Numbered from the whole stretch's first letter, positions 1 through 13,190 are shown. The stretch: DNA of 63,633 nt, filler included, from Choristocarpus tenellus KU-1152 (GCA_964200185.2; 11 parts of 11 records of this genome joined end to end with filler, not necessarily neighbours in it); one strand, 5' to 3'. A program made the numbers and translations. The notes: generated by a model from the letters alone, not told the origin.

Positions 1-1265
1 GGGAGGGAGGAGGGAGGGGGCTGGGGGGGGTGATAAGGGAGGGGAGAGTGTCCCCGATTATTGGTAGATTACAATCATCCCAGACAGAGGGGATAATAAT
101 GATCTCGGCTTCGTTTTTTGGAGTTGGGAGTTCAACTGCTGTTTTTGCCCCTGGTAAGACCAGACCTTGCTTGCTTGACCCTCTCATGGTTTTCTTCCCT
201 TGGCTTATACTCTGGGGTGATTGTGCCATGTGCAGTATTTCCCCTGAGCCAAGAGGGGATGGTCCAGCTGCATGGGCTATTATTGATCCCACTCCTCTAG
301 TCGTAAACCCTCGCCCTGACCCCGACACACGCCTAGCATGTTTTACCCACCCTGACAGATGAAAGCGTTGCCTTTATTGATGCTGTGGACTTGTTCCACT
401 CTGTGCGTACAAAGCTCAGTCCATTTGCTTGGATTGTCCACCGTAATACACACACACACAGATATTATGTACTCGCGATAACAATGGTCCTTCTTGACTC
501 CGTCTTGAGGCGCAGGTTTGATATGGAGTACAGGAGACGGAAGGGCAGACGCGGACCGGGACTAGGACCTGGTACCAGTGGCAAAGATGATGTTGGACCA
601 TACAGGGACTATAGTTACACCGGCCAGGACTGGGGGACAAGGGGGACCAGTGCTGAGAAGCAACGGAAACAGAACCGTGATGCAGTGATGCCAAATAGAG
701 GAAGAGGCGAGGAGGATGGGGAGTGGGACCAGTGGGGGGTGGGTGGGGGGGAGGGGTGGACCAACACCGATGGTTCTAGACAATCAGATCAATCGTCGCT
801 TGGAAGGGAAGGGTGGCGTTGGGGGGGTGGTAGAGATGGCGGTGAGGGTGAGGAGTAGGTTGTAGAGGGGTGTATTGGTTGTTCTGGAGTTTGATCTGTG
901 TGTGTGTGTGTGTGTGTGTGTGATGGATACACTGTAAAGGGGTGGATAGCTACAGAGAAGACCAATGACAATTGAGTGTTTGTGTGGAAGGAGGCACAGT
1001 GGAACATGGTTTGAACTGCCTTAAAATGCAATGATAAAGCGGCACCCATTCACAGAATGAGCCCACCCCCCACCAAAATTTCTCTCTCTCTCTCAACCTC
1101 TTGTGTATCGTATGTAATATTTTGTACTTTGGATTATATGAACGCTCATTTGTTTGTTCAAGGAGTATTGTAGTAGTTTTCTCCTGGCACAAGAGTCTCA
1201 TGTTTTTGACCTGATGACATGGCGTCCCAACTACAACGATATATATATGTATATATATATATATA

Positions 1266-1813
1266 CTCGCTCTGTCCCGTAAGGCTGTTCCTTTATGCAT
1301 GTACCTCTTCGGGATGACCTCCGATTTCGAAACGGAGGTTTGCGTTGGATTCCTCGGAAAATTTTGCGAAAGATGAGTTATATTTGAAAAAATATATCCC
1401 GAAATTGTTCTGGAAATACAGAGCAGAGGGTAGGCGGGCATAGGCCCACAAGAAGGCACTGAATTGGTGGATTGACGGCGTTGAGTGAAAATGAGGAAAG
1501 GTATTCTAATTTTTAAAAAAAACGTCAAGGAATCCAATGCAAAAATCTGCGATGAAATCGAGGTCCATCCCGAAGAGATACATGCCATGCGTAAAGGAAC
1601 ATACTTACGGGACAGGGAGTATATGCATCAGTAATACAAAAGATGAATAGCCTATGTTTCAACACGCTCCAGACCTTCCTATACTCTTCAAACGTAACTC
1701 GTCTTACATAAGTGTTTCCGAGGAATCCAACGCAAACAAACATCCGTTTTGAAACCGGAGGTCATCTCGACGAGGTACATGCATAAAGGAACAGACTTAT
1801 GGGACAGAGGGAG
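1266..1813. mobile_element. Stowaway-like MITE (Tc1/mariner non-autonomous): one left TIR, two right TIRs
   Basis: Left end TA|CTCGCTCTGTCCCGTAAG..TGTTCCTTTATGCATGTACCTC at 1266. A ~120-bp inverted copy ends GGGACAGAGGGAG at 1813, and a second inverted copy ends GGGACAGGGAG|TA at 1619. The terminus matches the Stowaway CTCCCTC(C/T)GTCCC motif with a TA target. Confidence 0.75.
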
Positions 1814-2269
1814 CATAATAATAATAATAAATGATAATAATATCATGAATATTTTTTAAACTAATACTACCACTACGCTAAACACAATGGGAACTAACTG
1901 CCTTGTTGATAAAAGAGTTGTGGGAATCATGATTTTTCTTCCACGTACCTATTATTTTATTTTTTTACTAGTATAAGTGATGAACTTGCAAGCTCTGGTC
2001 GACAATAGTCAATACGGGTGGGAAAAGAGGCAGGCAGCTGTGACCCCTTGTTGTGGTTGGAACCTTAAGCGCCTTGATCGAGATTGGTATGAGCCCGCGA
2101 CTCATCCACTCAGTATTGGGAACTTAAAAGTTGAACTATGCTGTCACTCACTAGTGACTGACTGCCTGAACAGTTTCTTAGCCCTCACAGAAGGGTCTTT
2201 GATTAAGATAATACTAGTACTGCTGTACTACATTAGTAGTAAGTAGTAGAGTCAAACAAACTGAGAGGC

Positions 2270-2800
2270 ATGCAGAGGGTTGCATTTGAAGGTTCCTGAG
2301 AAATGGCCAAAATTTACCGTTTTGTGCAATTCCAGAAAGAGCCTCAGGTGAGTGGCGGTGTCAATTTGTGTGGGTAGAGGGGGAATATCAACAGTTCAGA
2401 AAGCGGTGAAATAGTGTGTATTGCATTGTGCAAGAAAAATCGCGTGGATTTTTTTTTTTTAGGTAAGGGTTCAAACCTTTCTGCCTCTCTCCAGTTGGTT
2501 TGGCTCAGTAATGAGGGGGTTGATGTTTGGCCAAACACCTCTATGAGACTGGTAACTATTGTAGTGGATTTCTGACACAAGCTGGTCAAAACGATCGGGT
2601 TGAGGTCTATCATATCATCTATCAATCTGGCACAGCCAACCGAACCAAGTTTGGAAAACGTTTCTGTTCTTTGATTGCCCAATCTGTTCAGCCACAGCTG
2701 GCAGGCCGAGAGAATGTCGCTATTGAACATAGCGTATCATATCAAGAACCTGTCATTAAACAATGCCAGCCTGCATCAACTAGAACAGTTCCAGGAGTGC
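2270..2800 (+). mobile_element. Degenerate dispersed repeat family E (possible Mutator/MULE transposase relic)
   Basis: AGGGTTGCATTTGAAGGTTCCTGAGAA...TGTGTGGGTAGAGGGGGAATATCAA is similar to segments at 27390-27560(-), 30330-30620(-), 44937-45440(-) and 45925-46340(+). The superfamily call is tentative. Confidence 0.35.
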
Positions 2801-3463
2801 TCGATTGATAGTCCAAGTTTTGTAGCAAAGGGGATGCATTTGAATGGTGTAGTTAAATATGTATGTACTAGTAGTATGTGTAACGAAGGTAAGTATATGT
2901 ATGTATATATATATATTCCAAGTGAAATAAATATATTTACTATGTCAATCGTTCACTCAAACAATAATAAACAAATGGTGACCACACCTTACTTGGGAAA
3001 GGACAACTCAAAATTTGTTGAGGGACATAGGCCAAAGAAGGAAGTGCGTGTATGTTGTTGGATGTAGTGAGCAAAGTAAATTGCAGGAAGAGAACATTTC
3101 ACATACTATATTCATACTACGTAGTAACGATATTATGGTGATCTGGAACATTGTCCATGCATCTCTCCACATGATAAAGAACAGTGAAGTTGACAGGTAG
3201 CGCTCCATATGCACATGGTATAAAACAGGAAATAAGATAATAGCATAAACATAGAAACCTTAAACCCTTTTTGTTGAGGCAAAAGCGGCAATGGACTTCG
3301 ACAGGTGATGTCAACAAGGACACATACACATATCCCCATATCCAAGTCCTGAGCTCGGTAAAGGAAGCCTTTGTTCCTTTCCTCAAAATTAATCACACCT
3401 TGCAGGGACTCTATTTGCCATTATTTTGTGTGTTTCGGATAGGTAAGGGTGATGATGATTTGT

Positions 3464-3758
3464 GAGTCAAAGTAAACGAGAGGCACCCAGACAGAGTTGC
3501 TTTTTAAGGACGTTGACAAAATAATGTGTGCCAAATTCGACTTTTTTTTCTTTCTTTTTTTTTGAAAATGTGTGTAGGAATATTTTACGAAAATTGCGCC
3601 GGAAAAGTTTCAAATAATCGAGAAATAAACGCTCTCAGGTGAAAGCTTTTAGCTTCATCCATACAAGTACATACGAGTGAATTGCAAAATATTTAAAATC
3701 TGGGTTAAAATGCGAAACAGTCAAAACCTGGGTGGGTACCTCTCATCTCCTTCCACTC
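3464..3758. mobile_element. MITE family B (~270-295 bp)
   Basis: TIRs GAGTCAAAGTAAACGAGAGGCACCCAG ... CTGGGTGGGTACCTCTCATCTCCTTCCACTC. Homologous copies at 31227-31485 and 49952-50220 (inverted). Confidence 0.75.
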
Positions 3759-6198
3759 TGTGCCAACATTGAAGCATGGTCGGTCTTTGGGCAGCACGTA
3801 TGGTGATCTGGTCGTGCAAGAATTTATTGAACCTTGTCACCCCAATGTTTTGATACAGGGAGGACAGAGTGGTGTTTTCCGGGCGATATTTCACCTCTTC
3901 TTTCTGGCCGGGGCATTTACTGGGGCAGTAAATGGCAGTGCCTGGCACACTATCAATACGTTTTTTTGTGCAAGATGTATTTTGGGCTGCAAAAACATTA
4001 GCCTGTCTCAAGAGTGAATGCCACAGAGACTTTTGAATGCGTTTTCAGGCAGTTCCGAGAGGAAGACATGCATTGCATTCTTGTGACGGGACATCACCAC
4101 CGTAGAGTGTAGGCCAGGCAGTAAAGAGCAGTTAATGACACCGACAGCTTGTGGGATGTAACAATGTCCCTGTTGAGGCATGGGCTGAGGAGTCCTGCGG
4201 AGGACTTCCTTGACCTCCAAGAGTGGGCACGTTTGGAGTTGCCTGAGCAACATTGGATTGTTAGTACATAATTAATGCCCCATAAAATTGCAAATATGGA
4301 CGATTTCATTCAGGGTTCTGAAGTCCTGTGTATCAATATTCTAGTAGCCCCTTCTTGGAATGGCAACTCTAAAAGTGCCATTCTGGGAGGCCCGGGAATT
4401 CTTCCCTTGGTCCATACCTCTCTAACGGGCACTTGAAATCATGCCACAAACGGATTGCAAAAATCAAACACAACGCACACACACACACACCGGTTTGCTA
4501 TGCACCGCTTCACTGCCTGGCCTTCACTCTACAACAACCTCCTCCCAAAAAGTGCAAGTCTCACTCACCGTCATCTTGTAGTGCTTGCTTGTTCCCTCCT
4601 ATAGGAGTTCCGACACATCATCTATCCACTGCATGTCTTCGGGTTTGAGGCCTGCCTTGGTGATAACACAGTGTAAGTTTTACCCTGCATACACCAACAG
4701 CTAACCCAAGATGTACCTAAGGCATAACCAGCTTCTGTCATTTCAGCTCACTCCGCATGGGATGCATTTCACAGAACAAATTTAATCCCAGTAAACTAGA
4801 GACGCAAGACGGGCTATCTGAACTGGTCCGTATGGTTTTATTTCAACATAATGGTTTATTCAAGTACCTGAAAACCACGTTACCCTACCAACAAGTAGTT
4901 ACATGGGAAACAAAAAGCAAGAATAACGTTTAAATACACTCCAGAGCATCAAAAATGTAACTATTCCTTCCCCTCTCATAACTTCCATCAATCGGTCAAG
5001 AAAAAATAAACAAAACGGCTGTCTTGGTGAGATCCTCCAACTAAAAAAACTGGAGATCTCCCCAATTTCCGTCGCTCAACAAAAATAAGAAAGGTTGGTG
5101 GGATGGTATGACAGTATGTACCTTATTGCTGGTCATGAAAGGTATACCCTAAACGCCCATCGTCAAGAGTACTTTCTTGTGTTGTCGTACCACACCACCG
5201 ACCAAAATCAGGACCTATCTATTTCGACAGATTTAACAACCACTTCTCTGGCCTTATCCTTGCGATTTACACAGTGAACAGTTACTACTACTGCTACTGC
5301 AATCCAACACATACATGAACACAATCCTTGTGAAGTATCACAAGAGATACTCAAATGACCACAATGGGGTACAAGTCTAGTATCCGTCCACCTCCCCCCA
5401 CCCAGCACGGACTCAATGATGACTGACCATGGTATCCACAAGTTCAAGTCTAAAAAATAAGTCCCCCATAGGCCACGGCATAATTGTGTAGCTGACACAG
5501 CGGGAACAGCCAGCAATGCTTACCCCGATGAGATGATGGTCTCCTTGTCACATCGAGCTAACCAGTAGTACCAATTTGTTTCACAACCATATCAATCTTG
5601 TCATATTGGCATGACCCCACTTTTTCTGGTATGACCAAAACTAGCCTACATCCTTGCGTGTGAATATTGAGAACAGGAGTAGGGTGCACAACCATATACA
5701 GTACACAATGTGTAATCACAACCCACATGCCAGTATTGGGTTACTACTAAGTGCTTATTTTCTCACATTACCTAGCTCCTGGAGGAGGATCGATCGGATA
5801 GGCACATGACCTCCCCCCTCCCATCACATGGCCCAGTACTGCCCAGGCAAGTTGTTGTAATTTCCCCTCAACCTCAAAACACATTCGCTCAGAAAACTCT
5901 TCCCACACATGAAACACAATAAACACAACCATTGGGCGTACACTCTGGGCTAGCTACGCGACAACAACATCCAAGGCATGGGACCACCATGAGGGTGAGG
6001 TATGGGGGACATCTGAGTGAGGAGCATAACACAAGGCAAGACACAACACACACCTAGAACAAAAAAAAAGATACAGGAATGAAGACAACGACAAGGCATT
6101 GGCCAGCCAAACAACATCAACTGCCTGCAGTTATCAACATAAGGAGCTGAGTGAGTGAGGGCTTTCCATATATCGAGTAGGGTCGTATGAGGGGCTGG

Positions 6199-8173
6199 CT
6201 ATAGTATGAACGACCTCTTAGATGGAGGGACCAATGCCCGGGGCAGCTGCTCGGGGAGGGGCTCCCCTGCCTTGGTGGCATCACAGAGGTGCATTGCTAC
6301 CGTGAACTCCTCCATGTCTAGTTGTCCATCCTTATCCATGTCAGCAAGGTCCCAGATTGCTCTGCCACCATTTTGCAAGGGGGGTCAAGCAAAAAAGATG
6401 GCATCAGAGAGATGGTTCAGCACAGCCAAGATGGGGACATCAGTAGTGGAGGAGCTTGTTGCAAATTTTCCGTCCAGTAAAAAATTTGGCCCATGGTGTG
6501 TTTTGTTGTGTGTATTCATGGTGATACCTCACGTACTTCAGAGTGTCAGGCACTAACAAGCCTTTCCACAGCACAGCACTAAATTTTACAAAGATAAACA
6601 CAAACAAATACAAAAAATATTTGTGGGTATGATACTGTACACAGGTAAAATAACAAAACAGCAACAATAATACATAAATATACTTTTTCAATGAGTCCTA
6701 TTTGTATCTTACATTTTAGCTTCGATACTTCCAACGGGATGCAATGCACTTGCCCGACCTCTCTCATAAACAAAAAATTATCAATTTTGGACTAAAGGTT
6801 TGGCAGGCTTATTTCTGGAGTATCATAGGAAACCGCCATTAGTTCGCTGTCCTCCACCTCCCCCAGATGTGGGGAGATCACATCTTCCTCTCTCTCCATG
6901 ACCCTTGTATCAAAGCATCTCTTCTTGTCTATCAGATATCCTATCAAATTCTGAATGAAGAAATGTAGCACCAAAAAATCCAATGTTCTTGATTTTTCCA
7001 ATTCATAGAGGAACGGAGCATGCCAATAGGTAATGTTACAAGTTGAGTGCATCCCATTGGTCGAATCTAGAACACGAGGTTAGATCATTGGCCGAATCTA
7101 ACACACGAGGTTACACCATTGGCCGAATCTAATCTTTTATTCGTACCACATTCCCTCCTCAAAATATTAGCTCAAGTGTTACGAGACTCTTACGATATTG
7201 AGGTGTGGTGCACTTGAACTCCCTTCAACAAGAGTACACTTTCACAAGCATGCCATGCAACAGTAACATCCCATGTACACACACACACACACACACACAC
7301 GACCATGTGAATGTCTCTCATCTGATGTTGTAACTGCCTTGATAGACCGATGGCATCAATTGGCACATACGACCCCTTCAGGCTTAAATCACATCACAAA
7401 TCTTTATGGGCATATGCCGGACAATGATAAAACGCCTATCATATTGGCATATTAGGCAGTGCAACGGTGACTACGGTCAAGCGCATAACTGGAACAACCC
7501 ACAAATCCAAGGATCCCAGGGCACTCTCGACGCACGACTCCAGGCGCAACTAGTCCATAATTTCCACCTACATAATTTTTTTTTTTGGCCTACATGCAAC
7601 GAAGAGATAACAAACCCGAAAATTCCAAAATTCCAAAATAAAAAATAAACTCTACCAACATAATTTTGTTTCGATTTGTTTTTGGGAGGGGGAATTGGTG
7701 CGCAGATCGGAAAAAAATCGAACAACGCCGTTAGTCGACGCCATTTATCAAAATTTAAAAAAAAAAAACAGACAACAGACAACACATGCCAAAAAGAAAT
7801 AAAAAAATAAATTTTAAAAAAAGACCAAAACAAAAGAGGTTTCAGGCGACTCACTGCACACAAAAAAGAAAAAAAACGTGTCCAAAAATCGTCGTGTCCA
7901 GGGGAAATTTCCACAGGCACAGAGTCACACGCAGTTGCAATTCTGACCGTTTGACTGTGGGGTGATCACTCACCGGAGCGTATCGGTGGGAAGCCCAGAC
8001 TGCACAAGGGGTGTCCGAGCATTCACTGCACTCAGCATCCCGTCCACTGGCCCGTGAGCATGGAAGAGCCCTTGCAGCTCCACCGACTCCATCTCAAGAG
8101 CCCACAAGTCCCCATTCATCCCTACATCCGTTCCCTCAATTTCATCGCCAAAGGGATTGACCTCTTGCGACCC
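6199..8173 (-). CDS. EHD: EH-domain-containing protein (EHD/RME-1 family), last two exons
   Basis: Exons 7974-8173 and 6199-6361 splice in phase (CG|A = Arg) through GT-AG sites. Product: ...NPFGDE...WALE...[80 protein letters not shown]. This is a C-terminal EH domain ending in the EHD-typical LVPPSKR. Confidence 0.9.
7055..7134. repeat. 31-bp tandem repeat, about 2.5 copies, intronic
   Basis: CATTGGYCGAATCTARMACACGAGGTTA repeated inside the EHD intron. Confidence 0.8.
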
Positions 8174-8718
8174 CTGCGCGATGGTCAATGGTAAGGCGTT
8201 GTCATGACTGGATACTATTGGACAAGCACGCTTCGAATTTTGCTGCACTACTACGCCTATACTCTATTGCGAAACCCGATGTTTCCGTCACTCTCCCCCT
8301 TCATAAATTCCAAACGGTCATAACATGCCCATCCACACAAAGCCACAACAGTTTCCAAAGACTTAGAAGGAGGCGTACGTACCCAATGCCAACACCCTAT
8401 GTATTTTCCCCCCAAGAAGCAGCACAACAACGATGCAACAGTATTCATAATGGAGCAAGTCTAAAATAAGCCCCTCCCCTCCCTCCCCTCCCTCCGCTCC
8501 TCCCATCTCTTCCCTCCCTGTGAAATCAATAACAACACGGTAACCAAAGCACAACAAACTTTCAGACATTATAACATACATTCCTCTGGTGACTACATCC
8601 TCACCTCAAATGGATTTGGCATCCCCATACCCCCCCCCCCGACCCCCCCCCCACCATCCCCCCCACCCCTGTACCCCTTTTCTGGCAGTGGAGGTGGCGA
8701 AGGACTTCTTGACCTACC

Positions 8719-8818
8719 NNNNNNNNNNNNNNNNNNNNNNNNNNNNNNNNNNNNNNNNNNNNTTAATTAATTAANNNNNNNNNNNNNNNNNNNNNNNNNN
8801 NNNNNNNNNNNNNNNNNN
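8719..8818. other. Artificial contig linker (first of ten)
   Basis: 44 N + TTAATTAATTAA (stops in all six frames) + 44 N. Identical linkers at 11801-11900, 18253-18352, 23037-23136, 28319-28418, 32628-32727, 35677-35776, 38525-38624, 52657-52756 and 58264-58363. Confidence 0.98.
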
Positions 8819-8919
8819 CGGCCTCCGCGAGCCGCCCCTCTCCTCGGCCGGGTTTCGGGGGGCCCTGCTCGCGACGGGGGGGGGGGGGGGGGGGGGGGCA
8901 CCGCCATAGAACATTCTCG

Positions 8920-10180
8920 TTGAATGACAATGTGCTTCCCCTACAACCAAGGCATCTTGGTCTTGATTGCAGGCTGCACCTCCTCCGTGTACCACTTCCT
9001 GTGCCACAAATGGTCTAAACAACAGTCCTGCTCATGCACATCCCCCTCTTTAACTCTTTCTTCATGGTTCTTGCTTGTCCCGTCTGCCGTGTTTAGCGCA
9101 CACACACACCAAGCACCAACCTTTCCATCAAAGCTGTGACCTGAATCTGGGCAGGCTTTGGCTGAAGATTGTCATGGTTTCGGGGACATGACTCTTGTGC
9201 TGCACAGTAAAGGACCCTGGAAGGGGTCGCCATCATCCTCACGCCGAAATACCCTAACACTTTCCCCATCAACCATCACGTAAAACCGAACCCTTTCATC
9301 CACATTTCCGGTTTTGCTCATGTTCGCCATGGAGGCGTACACACCACATTTCCGGTCCACTTCATATCAAACAAAGTCAGTCCATTCTCCATACCTTTTG
9401 CCACGATTTAAGCTTGGCTTTGATTTTGATCCAACCGGCAATTCGGCATGGCCCCCATATCATCATATCATGATATCATCCACCTCTTTATGTTGCTCGT
9501 GCTATAATTCAGCCCCTTGGCATCCATCTTCATTGCCACCTCACGCACTGGTCACTGTGGATGATCGATTATGTATCGAGGCCATCGACACTGTCGGTGT
9601 GAGCTATTAAGACCGCCCGCTACACATCATCACCCCTGGGTCCACTTCATATCAAGCGTGTAGCCACCGGCACACTTCATATCAACCTGATTAGCGGTGT
9701 CCTCCATCATATAATCGATCGCCCAGAGCCCTCGCATCCAACGCCCGGACATTCCAAACTCCGCTGCGAGGGCCGGCCCAACGTGTCGCAGCAGTTTATG
9801 CTCATCAGAGACACCATCACGAGGGCATGCCAAACTGCAAGCGCAGCCCTGGTATTTATTTATTTTATTCAGGGTCCCTGACACTTGGACACCCTTTCTA
9901 CTCGAGGAGGTCGACGGTGGGGTTGTGATGCTCATGTTCTGACCCTCGACGTGCCCAGTCATGACCTCAAAATCACCCCAAAAGACCCCCTACTTTGACG
10001 GAACTTGAAGCACCTCGAGCTAGTACCTGATGATCCTCAACCCCCAAACCCCCAACCTTTCTGAAAGCTGAGATTGTCAACCCTATTTCATTCTGAGTTG
10101 TTGTCGTCCAATTCGGCGCTATTCTCGCTCGGCGATCCAACATGTTTCACATCACAAACATATGGCAAGCACAGAGGTAG
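8920..10180 (-). mobile_element. DD39D-type mariner transposon, truncated degenerate copy
   Basis: Colinear with 16783-17912. Peptides include VDERVRFYVMVDGESVRVF and DGKVGAWCVC. It ends in the same TIR, GCACAGAGGTAG|TA, at 10180. Confidence 0.85.
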
Positions 10181-10201
10181 TAGGGCAAAAATTATCCCTA
10201 T

Positions 10202-10204
<3 letters not shown>

Positions 10205-10249
<45 letters not shown>

Positions 10250-10252
10250 CAT

Positions 10253-10282
<30 letters not shown>
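10205..10282. repeat. (TTA)n/(CTA)n microsatellite
   Basis: Seen directly; it accounts for the poly-Ile/Thr spurious ORF. Confidence 0.9.
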
Positions 10283-10286
<4 letters not shown>

Positions 10287-10358
10287 CTTAGAGCTCTACA
10301 CCACCAGAGTGTTCTGAGTTCGTCTAGGCTGGCAAATTTATACACCCAACCAGACTCA

Positions 10359-10397
<39 letters not shown>

Positions 10398-10595
10398 CTA
10401 AGATTATCTGGCATGTGTTCACTACTGAATAATAAGAAAGTAGACACAATAAAACATTATCTGTGTACATCAACATGCAAAAATAACAAAAAAGACCAGT
10501 GTGCACTTGCGTTCTTGTGTGAGGGGTTAGGGGTTAGGGTTAGGGTTAGGGTTAGGGGAAGGGGAAGGGGAGGGCACTCCAGTTGGAACTCATAC

Positions 10596-10695
10596 CGTTT
10601 CCCACTCAGCCTTGTCCAGCTTGTCAATGGCAGAACAGATGCTGCGGAACTTCTCTGATGGACACCCACAGATATCTAGGATAGCATCCAGCAGC
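10596..10695 (-). CDS. HARS: Histidyl-tRNA synthetase, internal exon
   Basis: AG/GT-bounded 100-nt exon encoding LLDAILDICGCPSEKFRSICSAIDKLDKAEWET, matching the eukaryotic HisRS motif KFRTICSSVDKLDK.SWE. Confidence 0.88.
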
Positions 10696-11747
10696 CTGAT
10701 CAATAGGCAATAACAACCAAATACGAGGGATAGGATTAGGGGTAGAGAGGAGAGTAGGAAGGCATTCACGTTTTATCTACACCACTGCATTAAATATGCC
10801 AACTGCAGTAATCTGTAAGACCTACACTGCCCCTCAGCCAAATCAAACAAAATATGTAAAAAAATATAAATCTTCCTCTGTCATAATACAGCTTGTCATG
10901 ATAAAATTGTCAGGTCACCTAACCATTCACCCCCTACGATGCCTCTCTGAGACAGGCCTCTGCATTTCTTACATCCTACTACATAGATTTTAAGTTCCGC
11001 TTAGCATCATTCACAACAACCAACTGTCATGATGTATACGCTCACTAAGATATCCTCCCACAAAACAAAACAAATCACAGCAGAGTGGGGGGGGGGGGAA
11101 GAATGGTCACCATCAGGTTCCTTGTGAAGAGTAGGCCCTGTTGGACACTTTAAAGCCGGCAATCTGTCAAGCACAACGCTAACCCTAGCACAGGTTAAAA
11201 CGAAGAAGTCTTCCATATGGTAGTTGATAGAACCTGATAGTCAAATTCAACTTGATACAATCTATCAATAATTATCTATACAATACCACTTCCATCCCCC
11301 CCCCCCCACTGGAACATTTTTTGTTTCGGGTTTGCACTATATTAAAATAATAATAATAATAATATATATGCAACACATTAACACGGACATTAAAAAAAAA
11401 AAGTTGCATATATATATATATAAACAAACATGGCAATACATTACAATCACAAAATGAGAGCGTTTCAGAGTACCTAGTATGTTAGCGTGGGAGACAGACT
11501 GTTACACTTACCTTACTCACCACAGATGTGTCCTGAATGTTATTAATTAATAACTTCCCCATTAACAGCAATCACTAAAACACAACACCATTCACATCTC
11601 TTTTCTTATTTGTTTTCTTATTTCTTATCTAGCACCCTGTCCAGTCTACCCCACACTAAAAACACACAGAATACCATTCCACACCTCGAAACCTCCTGAT
11701 CCAATTGAAATAATAAGATATTTTAATGTCGCCAACTTGTGCCTCAC

Positions 11748-11791
<44 letters not shown>

Positions 11792-11900
11792 ACCCCCCCC
11801 NNNNNNNNNNNNNNNNNNNNNNNNNNNNNNNNNNNNNNNNNNNNTTAATTAATTAANNNNNNNNNNNNNNNNNNNNNNNNNNNNNNNNNNNNNNNNNNNN

Positions 11901-12250
11901 GGGCAGGTGCGGGCATGTCTGGTATTGACATTTTGCCTCCTGCACCCTGCCACTGGGCACCTGTTTGATAGGGCCTCCTCCCTCCCTAGGGATCTGCTGA
12001 CTGTGAGCTTGAATTCCTGAGGAGGGGGGATCTGACATGCTGGTTCCAGAGGTTGCGTCGAGGCCCAGGCATTTGCTCCTTGTCCAAACTGGCTCTGGTG
12101 GCACTAGGGCTAATGAAGAGCTTTCCCTCCCTTGGTGTGCCTCATTTGGAAGGTCAGTTAGTTGTGTCCTGAAGGAGTCGAAACGGATCTTGTTGAGGAG
12201 GCGTGTGATGTCGTGTTGAGCCCTCCTTGTGATCCTGGCGTCATGAACTG
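11901..12250 (-). mobile_element. Non-LTR retrotransposon (REL-endonuclease, CRE/NeSL-like) ORF fragment with zinc knuckle
   Basis: Frameshifted peptides RRAQHDITRLLNKIRFDSFRTQLTDLP and SQFGQGANAWASTQPLEPACQIPPPQEFKLTVSRSLGREEALSNRCPVAGCRRQNVNTRHARTCP (Cys-Cys-His-Cys knuckle typical of the region upstream of the REL domain). Confidence 0.7.
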
Positions 12251-12321
12251 CCAGGATACATTGTAATATCAGGGAAAATATATTTTTGTTATTATGCCCT
12301 TTTTGACAAATTACTGATGTG

Positions 12322-13190
12322 ACTTCACATTTACGGCAATTGTTATTAGGGTTACTCTGGTATTGAATTGACTTTCATCGGTTTTTCCCCTGACACATCT
12401 TTAAAAGGTCCGGGGGTATAACAGTAAAATAGAAAAATATCTTTCACATTTACGACGATATTTTATTTCTTTAGGGCTTACACTGACATAAGTATAGTTT
12501 TCATTTGTTTTCCCCCTGACACATCTGCAAAATGTCAGAGGGCCTAATAATATTTACGACAATTGTTACTTTTACAGGAGTTCTCATGATATTGAATTGG
12601 CCTTTCATTAGTTCTTCCTGTGACACATCTACATGTCAGAGGGCATAATAATAATAAAATATTTGGGATTACATATTTCATATTTACGACATTTGTTGCT
12701 CATTCAGGGGTTGTTTTGGTATTGAATATTGAATTGACTTTTCATTGGTTCTTCCCCTGACACATCTCCAAAATTTTGGAGGGCATAATGATAAAATATT
12801 AGGGATTACATATTTCACATTTACGACAACTATTACTTTTTCAGGGGTTGTTCAGGTGGTATTGAATCGACTTCTTATCGGTTTTTCCCCTGACACTTCT
12901 TCCAAATGTCAGAGGGTATAACAGTAAATAGAAAAATATATTTCACATTTACGACAGCTGTTACATTTACAGGAGTGGTTCTTATGATATTGAATTGACT
13001 TTTTATTGCTTCCTCCCCTGACACATCTATCTACAAAATATTAGAAGGCGCAATAATACATACTCATTGAAGTAGAGAACGAGTGAATGAGAAAGAAAAA
13101 ACCTGTCAGATTCTTGGGATGTTTCCCAGGCTCCTCGACCGCCTTCGTTGGGCTAAGGTAGGTTAAAAGTATAGCAGTATACCTATTGCC
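12322..13190 (+). repeat. Head-to-tail array of LINE 3' ends (6 units of ~108-138 bp plus the start of a 7th)
   Basis: Units start TTCACATTTACGAC at ~12324, 12443, 12551, 12677, 12814 and 12941, and end CCCTGACACATCT..AAAATGTCAGAGGGCATAATAAT. The same sequence ends the LINE copy at 25340-26175. Confidence 0.85.

Noticed and set aside
359-858. Possible exons (ESVAFIDAVDLFHS; Gly/Arg-rich tail)
   Set aside because: The splice phases are ambiguous and no family is recognisable, so I cannot support a gene model.
7457-7956. Possible CAGT-terminated MITE in the EHD intron
   Set aside because: The inverted match is short and weak, with no TSD.
8763-8774. Recurrent TTAATTAATTAA motif and the ORFs ending in X-runs
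   Set aside because: Artificial six-frame-stop linker between contigs.
10074-10658. 194-aa ORF with poly-Ile/Thr, ER and VR runs
   Set aside because: It is a translation of microsatellites and TTAGGG repeats; the real exon is on the opposite strand.
12322-13060. CRISPR-like array or hammerhead retrozyme
   Set aside because: The units are homologous along their whole length with no unique spacers. There are no cas genes and no CTGANGA/GAAA core, and the unit matches a LINE 3' UTR.
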